A stretch of 64,000 nt of DNA from assembly GCA_965235115.1 (NCBI GenBank), contig OZ249436.1:61690001-61754000 (forward strand). Direction: 5' to 3'. This DNA comes from Laetmonice hystrix (Eukaryota). Below are positions 1 to 15,144 of the stretch, piece after piece. Made by a program: the position numbers and the translations under genes. Numbering within the stretch: position 1 is the stretch's first letter; each line of letters begins with the position of its first letter. The notes beneath the pieces are model-generated. The model saw nothing but the letters and a program-made list of their open reading frames with translations. It did no database searches and had not been told where the DNA came from.

Positions 1-979
1 ATGAGTGATTCTCCGTTAATGTGGCTATACGATGTGATCGGTTATAGGGGAAGCTGGTGTCATTATTGGTAATGAGTGATTCTCCGTTAATGTGGCTATA
101 CGATGTGATCGGTTATAGGGGAAGCTGGTGTCATTATTGGTAATGAGTGATTCTCCGTTAATGTGGCTATACGATGTGATCGGTTATAGGGGAAGCTGGT
201 GTCATTATTGGTAATGAGTGATTCTCCGTTAATGTGGCTATACGATGTGATCGGTTATAGGGGAAGCTGGTGTCATTATTGGTAATGAGTGATTCTCCGT
301 TAATGTGGCTATACGATGTGATTGGTTATAGGGGAAGCTGGTGTCATTATTGGTAATGAGTGATTCTCCGTTAATGTGGCTATACGATGTGATTGGTTAT
401 AGGGGAAGCTGGTGTCATTATTGGTAATGAGTGATTCTCCGTTAATGTGGCTATACGATGTGATCGGTTATAGGGGAAGCTGGTGTCATTATTGGTAATG
501 AGTGATTCTCCGTTAATGTGGCTATACGATGTGATCGGTTATAGGGGAAGCTGGTGTCATTATTGGTAATGAGTGATTCTCCGTTAATGTGGCTATACGA
601 TGTGATCGGTTATAGGGGAAGCTGGTGTCATTATTGGTAATGAGTGATTCTCCGTTAATGTGGCTATACGATGTGATCGGTTATAGGGGAAGCTGGTGTC
701 ATTATTGGTAATGAGTGATTCTCCGTTAATGTGGCTATACGATGTGATCGGTTATAGGGGAAGCTGGTGTCATTATTGGTAATGAGTGATTCTCCGTTAA
801 TGTGGCTATACGATGTGATTGGTTATAGGGGAAGCTGGTGTCATTATTGGTAATGAGTGATTCTCCGTTAATGTGGCTATACGATGTGATTGGTTATAGG
901 GGAAGCTGGTGTCATTATTGGTAATGAGTGATTCTCCGTTAATGTGGCTATACGATGTGATTGGTTATAGGGGAAGCTG
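1..979. repeat. 71-bp tandem minisatellite, ~13.8 copies, cut by the left window edge (intronic in REEP5)
   Basis: Unit atgagtgattctccgttaatgtggctatacgatgtgatcggttataggggaagctggtgtcattattggta recurs every 71 nt (1, 72, ... 924). The only variant noticed is gatcgg/gattgg. Confidence 0.98.
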
Positions 980-1131
980 CTAACAAGAGTACGACAAGAG
1001 ATTAACAGTGCTATGACGTGGGCAACTTCAATGTTTGTTTGAATAGTGCTAGTTTTTTTTCTTCTTTTTTTTTTGGGGGGGGGGGGACAAAGAGCTTGAA
1101 AGGTTTGATTGGAAAAGACAGACCAATGTGA

Positions 1132-4588
<3,457 letters not shown>

Positions 4589-7500
4589 AGAAAATAAACC
4601 CACCCCCGTCATCCGGAACCTACCCTGCAACAGTTAAACAACACAACAACAACAACAACAACAACCGCCACAGTGGAAAACAAAACAACAAGATCTTACA
4701 CATGTCAACCGTTGACAATTTCCCGGCTGTTTTACAGGGCAGTGCTCACTGCATGTGTGACCGTGTCATAGTCATAGCTGAAGGATTAGGATAATGGTTT
4801 CAAATGTCAAGATGGGTTTGCTTTCCATCCTCAATAGGTCCAATGAAGTGAATTGATGAAATGAACAAGTTGTACTGTTTGATGTTGCGTGGATGTTTTG
4901 TGTTTACATTGCCAGCATGACGTGTTCGTGGCTTATAACAGTGTATTGTGTGACACAAAGTAGCAATGTGTAACATACGATTCCAATGTGTATTGAATTC
5001 ACCATTAATTCTCTTGTTCTCTCTCAGTGTTCACGTAGGTTTAGCAATGCTTTTTGTATGACCACGTCGTCGACTGTAGTGTTGCCGAACTCCGTGTAAC
5101 CAGCTGCTTGGCTTTCACGCTTATAAATGGCCCAATTGGTTGGAGTAGTGATGTGTGAAAAACGGAAGTCTTTCTAATGATTGATATGATACTCTGGTAG
5201 GAAACAATTTATGGACAAAGGTACTAGTAGAGCTACTCAATGTGTGGGTACGGATATATTTTTATCTTCACTTGAATGTAGTCCATTCTGCCTCAGAATA
5301 CCGGACCAGGTGAAGTGGAGAAGTTGGAAGGCCGTTTTTCTAGATTGGGAGATTATTAAAACAAGTGGATGTACAGAGGTGTTCAAAAACTGTAAAGTTT
5401 AATTCTATGAATTGTTTCTCTCAGCAGTTTTTCTCGTGCTCTTCGATGAATTTGGATCAATAATTCTGGTCAGTGCCAAATGACGTACTTGTCCCAGGTG
5501 TGGTGTGACTGGGTACAGTGCAGACGTCAATCAGTACGAGGGCTGCATCATTATTAGTACCAGTGAGGTGATAGATTTAGAAATGCTAGTCGTTTATTTC
5601 ATGACGAATCACAACTCAAGGCGTGTATTTTGGAGTTTTAAGGTTTAAACCAAATCCAACAATTTTTTGGGGACATGTATCCTAGCTAAAGCCTACAGCT
5701 CATATTGAGGTGGGTCCAAGTGTGAGGCAAACATATTCTTGCCAGTCCGGGAGCGCGGTACAGGAGAGCATTGTAAGTTAAGGCTGGGGGGTTGGACATA
5801 CTTCAGGATATCTGTAGGAACGGCTCAGTACGGGGGGGGGGGGAGAAAAAAATAAGTAAATAGAAACTAGTAATTAGAACGTGAAGGCAGACAGCATCCT
5901 TCTATTAAGTGCAGTAACAGTAATCCCAAGTAAACTAGGTCAGAGAAATGAGCTTAACTTACAGGGTGAAGTGACAGCCTTAAGAGGAGAGAGTGAGAGA
6001 AAGATGTTTGAACAAAAAGTCGTTTTGTGATCTCAAGAATGCTGCTGCCAAAACCATAGGTAGATTCGGACAGAATGGCTGGAGTAAGAAGCTGAAAGCC
6101 AGGCCAAACGTAAAAACTGCAGACGTTATGTCAGACACTCGCCTTGTGACCACCAGCCACCGATCGCAAACACCAGCTCTGTCCAGAACGTCGAGAACGC
6201 AGTCCAACAGCTCTGGCTATACTTGGAGATTCATTAGATTTAATCATCTATTGTATGTGGGGGTTTCCTTGTTTCTGGGGTAGTTTTGTCCATCCTAAAG
6301 TTATCTGCAATCATTCCTCCCGTCATTCCGGGTGTTTCTCCCTACTATATTACGCCGACGACCTGTTAGTTGTGTCATTTACTTAAAAATACAAGGCAAA
6401 AAGGTTAAATTAGGAAGCATGCCTGCATGTTCCGATTTTATCCGGTAGATTTAACTCGGTGTACCATGTTTAAGCATGTGTTAAACAGTGTGCAGTTTCA
6501 GACTTTGTCAGTAGTACTAACCGTCACTGTAAATGTTTTCTCTAGTCTCAAAAATAACGCGCAGCAACGTCGTCATGGATTGCCTTATCTATACACATGT
6601 ATAATATATAGGCGGTGTTTGTAGCGGTGGTCGTAAAGCACTTATATTTCATTCAATCTCAAGATAAATTGCTGAAGTTTTTTTTTTTATCGCAGAAGTT
6701 GGTGTGAATTCAATGACCATCCCACGCACTTGCACACACATAAAGGATATTATTAATTTTGAAGAAATACATATATTCCGATTCATTGCAATATTTGTTT
6801 TGGAGAACAAAATTTTCATTCCATCGTCCTTGTCCTTTATATTTTTATTGACACTTTATATTAAGTCCCAGAGAAATACGGTTTAAAAATGGTTAATGGT
6901 AATTTATAAATTGATAAAGTTGTGCCCATTGGTAGTACCCGGTATAATTTCGGTGTGAAGGTATAACAGTAGGCAGGTTTTGGCTCTTTTTCTCCCTGTT
7001 GTAATAAAAGATTATAACAAGGTAAAGATGTAGTTACTTTGTTTTTGTACACAGCAGGTGATTGCCATCAGCAAAGGTCCTGTACCACCTACCACCTTAT
7101 TAATGGTACCAAGGATTATGTGAACACCCATCCGTTTCTATTGGGACGGCAATTAAAATCCAATCACCAACCATTGTGTCAACATGTCCTCAACAAAAAC
7201 TCGATCAATACCCTGCACTATGTTTTATGTATTTTATTCTTTTCATCAACTCTTCTAAAAATTCTAAAAAATAATTAGAAAAGGAGCCAGTTTAAGTTGA
7301 ACGTGGAAGGCCGTATAATAGTCCATAATTACGATGTGACCAAGCGCTTTGTTTTTGACCTCACTTGTCTCGCGTCCAGCAATACTTGTATTGTCTGCTG
7401 TCCTATTGTTTAAACGAATGTGGAAACATGTTTGGAAAAAGGTTAACGTGCGTACGTACCCATGTATGCACGATAGACCCAACAGCCTAATCCATTTTAT

Positions 7501-8540
7501 AGTCGCGGGAGAGACATTTGTGCCCCCCCCCCCCCGCCCCCGTTTCAGAATGGGCCAGCAAACTTATCGATGGGAAGTCTCCATTTGATTTTTTCTGATC
7601 AAATAAAGTCACGTTGGAAGTGAAAAAAACACAAGACACCCCCAGGCGTGTAGCTGCATGCCGTAAGAGTCGAGTGACACGTCCTTAATGCGACCTTTGG
7701 TCTCGTGTTACGACGTACCAATAAATACAAGGTTTTTGATGAGAGAGGTCAGGAGAGTTGACTCGAGGTTTTTTTTATGTCCTTTTGATTAGTTCTGTTC
7801 GTGAACGTGCCAGAATGTGGTAATACTTTCAAACGTACATATCTGACGGTATTTGCGGCCCAGGCGAACAGTGCGACGGAAGTAAACCAGTGACCAGCGT
7901 TAGATCTACGTTGGCCGACAATAGGTCTGTTGATCACATCACCCAGCTTCAGTCAGACCAGGGAGGGGATTTTCGAGATTATCCGTTTTTGTACATCAGT
8001 AAAGATGACCACCTCACCATGACCTGGAATTTGCTAAAACCCCAGTCCCAATAGTAAAAATGGAAATTTACCCAAAACAGAATGATTGTGCTCATATTCT
8101 GTAACTGAAATGTTGATACTAACGGTCACGTACGCGCTCTGAGTATAGAATACATTATTGCCTAGGAGAATCATATAAATTTATGTGTGTGGGTGACATG
8201 TCCACAGTAAAAAAAAAAGACATAAAAATTCATTTTGAAATACATATACGGGACCCTAGTCTCCCCCTTGATAACTACACTCGCACCAGTTTCGGCTTTC
8301 AATTAAGAATAGTCAATTCTTTTAATGGACTATAATAGTAGGCTAATAGTTTTCTATTCAATACTTGCACCATTTCTACAATGTCTCAAAGTTGAACAAT
8401 AAGACCGATGCAGGAGACATCTTGCCCCCCTGTCGTCATATTGTCACGGATGAGTATCGGTACATGCGCAGTTGTCCTCTGCAGCGTCAAAAGTCTTTGC
8501 TCTCCGCTTCTCTCGTGCCGTGCATAGGAAAGGTCCGAAT

Positions 8541-8750
8541 TCAGACACTGCACGCCAGTCAACAATCAGAGCTTCAGACACTGCACGCCAGTCAACAATC
8601 AGAGCTTCAGACACTGCACGCCAGTCAACAATCAGACACTGCACGCCAGTCAACAATCAGAGCTTCAGACACTGCACGCCAGTCAACAATCAGAGCTTCA
8701 GACACTGCACGCCAGTCAACAATCAGAGCTTCAGACACTGCACGCCAGTC
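8541..8750 (+). repeat. 33-bp tandem repeat (~6.4 copies, one 25-bp short unit) ending 30 bp upstream of the chitobiase-1 ATG
   Basis: Unit tcagacactgcacgccagtcaacaatcagagct. It accounts for the repetitive ORFs 8365-8778 and 8472-8864 in the track. Confidence 0.96.
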
Positions 8751-8780
8751 AGCTGCAGAGGGACATGTCATAACATAAAC

Positions 8781-11700
8781 ATGTCGAGGGCCTGGCTTGG
8801 ATTTCTTTTTACAGTGTACCTCTTTGCAGGTAAGAGGATCTCCTTAACATTCTTCACAGTATAGATCTCTAGGCCTAGTCATAGATTCATTCTTGTTTGC
8901 AAGGTAGGTTATAGAGTTCAGTCGTCGACAACATAATAGTGCAGCGGCGGATCCAGCTTGGCGCCGAAGGGGGGGGGGGGGTATGTTTGGTTTGAACCTT
9001 TCAAACAGAAAAAAGAAAAACTACTTTATAAAGGGGGGTTGCAACGCCCGTAACGCCCCCCCCCCCCCGATCCACCACTGTTAGTGTAGTGCTGCTGGGC
9101 TATAGGTTTCCACTAAAAACAGGATAACAACGAAGGAGGCATGACAATGGCGGGCTAGGGCAGCGTATTGCCGGGTAGACATGCAATAGTTGCTTGTAAT
9201 TTTTATCACGTATATTTAATAAACCTTTTTTCTAGATTTCTTTCCATAGTACCAAGAAAAGTAGTATTTCCTCAAAGCTTTCACGCGTACTATTATTGTG
9301 GCCTATGAATTTATTATAGAATTATCTTTTAAAAATTCTCCTTTTTTTGCCAGGTCATACTCTTGCGTTGAATCAAGCTGTGGTTGATTACATTTCACAA
9401 AACCTCCAAGTGAGGTATAACGTTATAGACAACTTAAAAGCAAACGGTAGAACCTATGAGTTTGAGATTATCTTGAGGAATACGGGCAACCGTGCGATAT
9501 CCAAGGATGAATCATGGGCCGTGCACTTCTGTCACATCAAACTGCCGCAACCTGAAGAATTTCTCATCAACAAAGGCACGTACCTGAGGAAAGAAGGCGT
9601 CGATCTGAAGTCCTCCGGACTGCACTTGTCTCATGTGTCGGGTTGTCTTTTTAAGCTCGTTCCGACTTCTACCTTTAAAACTTTGGGGCCCCAAAAGGAG
9701 CTGCGGATTGAGCTCAAGGGAAGGGAGTGGTCTGTGGCCAGGAGTGATGTGATGCAGAACTGGTACGTAACTGGCGACAAGGGCACTGTGGCTCGCACCA
9801 TTGCCAGTACCGCCAAGAAGGACCTCAGTTTTGTGGGTGACTTCCTCCGCAAGGAGCAATGGAAGAGAGTGTCGTGGGACGTCTATGACCCCTACACAGC
9901 CGAGATGAGGTACGCTCTCTACAACGCCAGTGACATGGGCTCAGCACCCGTCCGAATCGTACCTTCGATACTGAGGCACGACCTGGATGATGATAAAAGG
10001 CTGAACCTGATGACGGGGCTCTGGGCCATAACGTACAAAAGCCAGCTCGAGAAAAAATACGCTTATATTCTGGCAGGTCAGTACACTTATCGTATATAGT
10101 TATATAGTTATCGTCTAAGAAGGTCCCTATAGCACATCATGAGATCCTGCACTGTGTACTACATGTAGGCCTAGTGGTCTCAACAGTGGTATCCAGCAAA
10201 AAAGGGGGTGGGGCAACTGGAAACCCACTAAAGTTTAATGTGGCGCCATTTCGAGAGTCATAACTTGCACTGACTTGCTAGAGGTCAACTGATGTTGAGG
10301 CCATGTTTCCGTATACCCAGGGAATGGGGCCTTCTTCGACTGAATGACTTTAGTCCACATATGCTAATACTAGTATTAATGGAGATCACAACCATTTCCC
10401 CTATCATTTCCCTACTCCTGCATCACAACCATTCCCCCTATCATTTTCAGAGAAGCTGGGAATAAGCATTGCGCCAGTAGGTTACTCGCCAAAGCGCCGA
10501 CATATTTCTGTTAAGATTGACAGAACTCTCAAAAACATACCCAGCTGTTTGAAAAATGCTGAGACGTACGTGATAAAGATTGACCCGTCTAGTGAGAAGA
10601 TTGAGATAACGGGTGCCTCGGCTGCTGGGTTGTTCTATGGTGTGCAAACAATGTCCTCGCTGGCATCTCGACGGGGAGGGGCACCTAGCGGTACCATCGA
10701 GGACTGCCCGCGGTTTGCACACAGAGGAATGATGGTGGATGTGGCCAGGAATTTCCATGGAAAGAGTTCCATATTCAAGTTGCTTGACACCATGGCCATG
10801 TACAAAATGAACGTGTTCCATTTCCACTTGACTGACGACGAGGGGTGGAGACTCTACATTCCCGGGATTCCAGAACTGACCAAGGTAAGACGAGTCAATA
10901 TGCCAGGCTTGATTGTGCACATGAAGAGGGGGGTCCTTCTTCATTCTACCGCTCAGAGTAACGAACCAGAGAAAAATCCCCGTCCACTACGTCCACCGTT
11001 TATGATGCCAAGAGAAGAGATTGATATATCTGCATCATGTAATTGATTTCCCCTGTCTTGAAAGGAAGTTACCTGATTTGGAAAGGGACAAAATTGTCAG
11101 TCAGGATGGTAGGTTATTGGCAACCTTCATTATAGTGACATTGTACTACATGTAATTATCATGGGCCCTCAAATTCATCTTCTATGTTTTCTACCAAACA
11201 TCGTTCCCATGAAACATCGTATCCAAAGATGTCCAGCATAGCTAAATTCATATGTATGTATGGACCTTCAGGGTTAGCCTTTAGTACTTACGACCTGGCG
11301 TTTGATTGTTCAGGTCGGAGCCCACCGGTGTCACGACCCGAGCGCTGACCGGTGCATCATGCCCCAGCTGGGGTCTGGGCCAACTACGACTACCTCAGGC
11401 TCGGGCTACTACACGGTACAGGACTACAAGGAAATCCTCAAGTACGCCGCCGACCGCCACATTGAGGTTATCCCGGAGTTCGACATGCCGGGTCACGCAC
11501 ACGCTGCCATCAACGCTATGCTCTCCAGGTACCGGAGGCTCCGAAACACCGACCTGCAGCAAGCCAAGAAGTTTCTACTGACGGACCTGAACGACACCTC
11601 TCAATACGTCTCCGTCCAGATGTTCACTGATAACGCCATTAACCCGTGCCTCGCCTCAACATTTACATTCATAGAACACGTCCTGACAGAGGTCATCAAA

Positions 11701-14238
11701 ATGCACAAAGACATACAACCGTTAAAGACGTTCCATTTCGGCGGTGATGAGGTACCCAAGACGGCATGGGTCAATTCGACGCTCTGCAAGCCGATGATGA
11801 CCGGCGGCGATAAGAAAAACGTCAAAAAGCACTTTGTTATGGAGGTGTCAAAGATTGCAAAAAAACATGGTCTGCGGCTGCAGGCATGGGAGGATGGAAT
11901 GATGCATGATGCAGGCAAAGCGGGTCCATTCAACATAAACGAGCTGGCCACACATGACGTCAGAGTGAACACTTGGAACAATATTTGGCACATCGGGACC
12001 GGTTCCAGAAGCCACATCTTCGCCAACGCTGGTTATAAAGTAAGGGTCTAACATTATCAACGCTGGTTATAATGCAAGGTTCTAACATTATCAACGCTGG
12101 TTATAAAGGAAGGGTCTAACATTATCAACGCTGGTTATAAAGCAATTGGTCTAACATTATTCCTGTTACATTGAATCTTACCTCCATCAGTTTGCAAGTG
12201 ACTTTTAAAATCTAGATTGTAATGTGACATATTATATTGACGGAAGCAATGTGAATATACTGATCTATTGGCGCAAGACAGTCAACAACCTCCACCGAAA
12301 AGAGAGTTCGATAATTAAATAAGATTAAAAAAGATACACCCGAACTCGTTAATTTCTCGAGCCATTCGTTTTCAAATAGGCAATTCTTTCGTTTGCGACC
12401 AATTTGTACTTCGACCACCCGACGGAGCCTGATCCGGAGAGCCCAGGGTTCTACTGGGCGTCCCGCCTGGTAGATCTGGAGCGGGCTTTCCGACTCATGC
12501 CCGACTCCATCTACGAAAATATCGACATCAACCTGATGGGCATGCCAATCACCAAGGCGGAAATTTGTTCAAAGCACTCTTGTCCAAGCCTTCAACGCAA
12601 AGAAAATATCATAGGTAAGTTCCCCAGAAAATGTACTGATGTGATCTACATCTCATCATTATGACAGCGTGGAACTCCGTGACTTGATGGTTTTATAGAG
12701 GCCATCATCAGTATTAAGGCCACCCCTTCTCATGATGAAAAATAAACCTATTATAGGGATACACTAGATATGTATATTTGACATCCGAACGACCAAACAT
12801 GACCATGAATATCGCCTATGACATGGGGCAGGACGCCACATGGTTGACATGGGTTTATCCACATTGATTTAACTATGGCGAACATCCTCTGTCTACTTCA
12901 CTTACCAGGCATTCAAGGGCAGCTCTGGTCTGAAATAATTCGAACTCCTGACCGCTTTCAAGAAATGATGTTCCCGCGCCTCCTGGGCTTGGCAGAGCGC
13001 GCATGGCATAAAGCCCCCTGGGAAAACATCCTTTCAGACAAAAGTAAACGGGACAAAGAACGTCAAAAAGACTGGGAAGAGTTCGTCAATCTCATTGGAT
13101 ACCAGGAACTCGGTAGGCTCGACCATTCGGGTATCAAGTACCAAGTGCGGCCACCGGGAGCAAAGTAAGCCGGCTTTCGTACGAGAGTTTCTTGTTGTTA
13201 TACGGAATGGGTGATCTCTGAAATCATTTTCCGAATGTGGAAAAACAGAAATATACTAAAGTCATGCAGGAGGTGTTGAAAGTGTAGCAAACAAAAGCTC
13301 TGACATCACAATATAATACATTGAGAAACTTTGATCAGAATAAGAAGTCTGAAGCCGTAGTTTCTCTATACAACTTGCATTTTCTATCAAGAATGACGGG
13401 AAACCATCTCGATGTCCGGACGGAGTTTCCTGGTCTTCCGGTTCGCCTGTCCACTGATGGCGGCGCCACCTGGCGTAATTACAAGAACCGTGTTAGCCTG
13501 AAGCCAGGAGAGACGGTGACGCTTGTGGCAAGGTATTTATTTATACAGAGACGCTGATTTCGCGTATCTTTGAGTCAAAGTTAGTATTACAGTTCCAGTA
13601 CGAGGAACTCAGTTAAATTTAGGCCCACTCATCGAGTGCTGGATACAGGGTTTATTAAAATGTTCGCTGAAAATTTGGTTAACACCGCTGGCCCATCCTA
13701 CAGGCTCGATATAGGCTATCTATAGATTATTAAAGGGAGCCGTAAAATTCATTTTTTCGATTTATGGCAGTCTTAGAAACATATGATTCGCATACCTTGG
13801 ACTCCCAGTAACATCATGTGAGACTGTTATGGCCCAGCGACCAGTATTTAGTAAGGAAAATATGCCAAATCTCTCGCAAATACGTAGCTCAGAATTAGCG
13901 AGCGGCCCACAGGATATTTGAGTTGGCCGCGGTCGGGCGATGATGACGCGTGATCACGTGACTTCCGGGTGTGGAAGGGAATCTCCCTCTAGTCTAGCGT
14001 TGACCTAAATTCCGCATTCCGCCATAACAGTCTCACATGATGTTACTGGGAGTCCAAGGTATGCGAATCATAATGTTTCTAAGACTGCCATAAATCGAAA
14101 AAAAATTAATTTTACGGCTCCCTTTAATAGTAACGAAAATATGTCCCACTCTACATCTGCTAAATAATCTGTTTAAATTACAGATCCGTCAACAACTTGA
14201 GAGAAAGCCGAGCGGCGAAGCTGAAGGTCGCAAATTAA
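8781..14238 (+). CDS. Chitobiase-type beta-N-acetylhexosaminidase 1 (GH20; CHB_HEX N-domain + GH20b + GH20 catalytic + C-terminal domain), 872 aa, signal peptide, probably secreted
   Basis: Eight exons: 8781-8829, 9354-10076, 10451-10884, 11314-12039, 12380-12614, 12909-13164, 13392-13532 and 14184-14238, total 2619 nt, in frame. Hydrophobic N-terminus MSRAWLGFLFTVYLFAG. GH20 motifs DCPRFAHRGMMVDVARNF, HFHLTDDEGWR, EVIPEFDMPGH, catalytic HFGGDEV, YFDHP, GFYWASR and QLWSE. The N-domain W.V.RSDVMQNWYVT...QWKR resembles Serratia/Vibrio chitobiase. Confidence 0.95.
8942..9080. mobile_element. Short GGATCC-terminus MITE with G-/C-run arms (relatives at ~24163-24469, ~36883-37512 and 51327-51542)
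   Basis: cagcggcggatcc...G-run...C-run...cgatccaccactg form imperfect inverted termini. No clean TSD resolved. Confidence 0.7.
12024..12160 (+). repeat. 34-bp x4 tandem repeat duplicating the end of chitobiase-1 exon 4 and its donor
   Basis: Unit caacgctggttataaagtaagggtctaacattat at 12024, 12058, 12092 and 12126. Only copy 1 has the GT. Confidence 0.95.
13734..14123. mobile_element. TTAA-TSD MITE (Kolobok-like), 390 bp, in chitobiase-1 intron 7
   Basis: TTAA at 13730-33 and 14124-27. The ~100-bp near-perfect TIR begins agggagccgtaaaattcattttttcgatttatggcagtcttagaaacat. Confidence 0.92.
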
Positions 14239-14901
14239 TTTAGGGCTGTATGCAACAGTTGATGTATAGGCACAAAGGGAAGAGGGCTTCGTTTTGGGGG
14301 TTAAATCCCCGCTTTGGATTTTATTGTGACGGTTTTGAACTTTTCGATTTTAATTTAAGTGTTTAGCACTGAACTGATGTATAGGGCTATAGGCCATTTT
14401 TCAAGGGGCGGCGTAATATTCAAGACGTCCAATAGGGGATCGAACAAGGCACCCGTCAACAGTAGTGTACTGTATACAGTGCAGATCTATAGACTTCTGC
14501 TAGACATCGTTACGAAATCTGTTCCCCGAGTAAAGGTCATGTTTTCGAGTGCCGGTAACGTTTCTTTTGGACTAAATCTTCAGTGCAACGAAGGCTGCTT
14601 CATCGACCCTTGCGGCTGCACACGCCCCTAGTCCCATACCCCCCACTCTTTCTTGGCCCATCCCGTATTACTGACTACGTCATGTCTCGGCTGTACGACG
14701 AAGGTCGCCATGTTGGAGGGGGGTGGGGGTGGGGGTGGCTAGGTGGCTAGGTCGGGATCAGTGGCCCGGATGTAGACAACAGCAAACTGAAGGTCCCACG
14801 GTGCCGTGCCGAAAAAGGAAAACTCCCCACTTATTAGTCTGTGTCGGAGTTATATATGGTCTAGGTCTGGTTTTCTCGCAGGTGAAGAAGAGACTGTTTT
14901 G

Positions 14902-15144
14902 TATGGAATACCGGCGACGACATGCGAGATGCGAGACAGTGTGTTTGGGTTAGGGTAAAGGTTATGCCTAGGGTTAGTGTTAGTTTTCACTTTAGGAAAA
15001 GTTTAGCCCCCAAATTATGCTATTGTTAAATAGGCACGTGGATCGTGATATCGGTGTCAATAAGAAACATTCTATGTGCTAAATTGACACTGTTCGGTCC
15101 CATGTCGCTTCTCGCATCTCGCATGTCGTCGCCGGTATTCCATA
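14902..15144. mobile_element. TA-flanked MITE with 35-bp perfect TIR and a telomere-like (ggttag) interior
   Basis: tatggaataccggcgacgacatgcgagatgcgaga (14902-14936) and its exact reverse complement (15110-15144). The interior includes gggttagggtaaaggttatgcctagggttagtgttag. Confidence 0.88.

Noticed and set aside
1-979. 71-bp array, 41-bp array (31123-32031) and 33-bp array as CRISPR-like loci
   Set aside because: Units are contiguous with no unique spacers, there are no cas genes, and the context is eukaryotic introns and intergenic DNA.
5960-7590. Short ORFs and exon-like segments between REEP5 and chitobiase 1
   Set aside because: I found no consistent splice chain or recognisable motif.
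8365-8864. Repetitive ORFs (QTLHASQQSEL / DTARQSTIRAS)
   Set aside because: Produced by the 33-bp repeat being a multiple of 3. The real start is ATG 8781 with a signal-peptide exon of the same size as in paralog 2.
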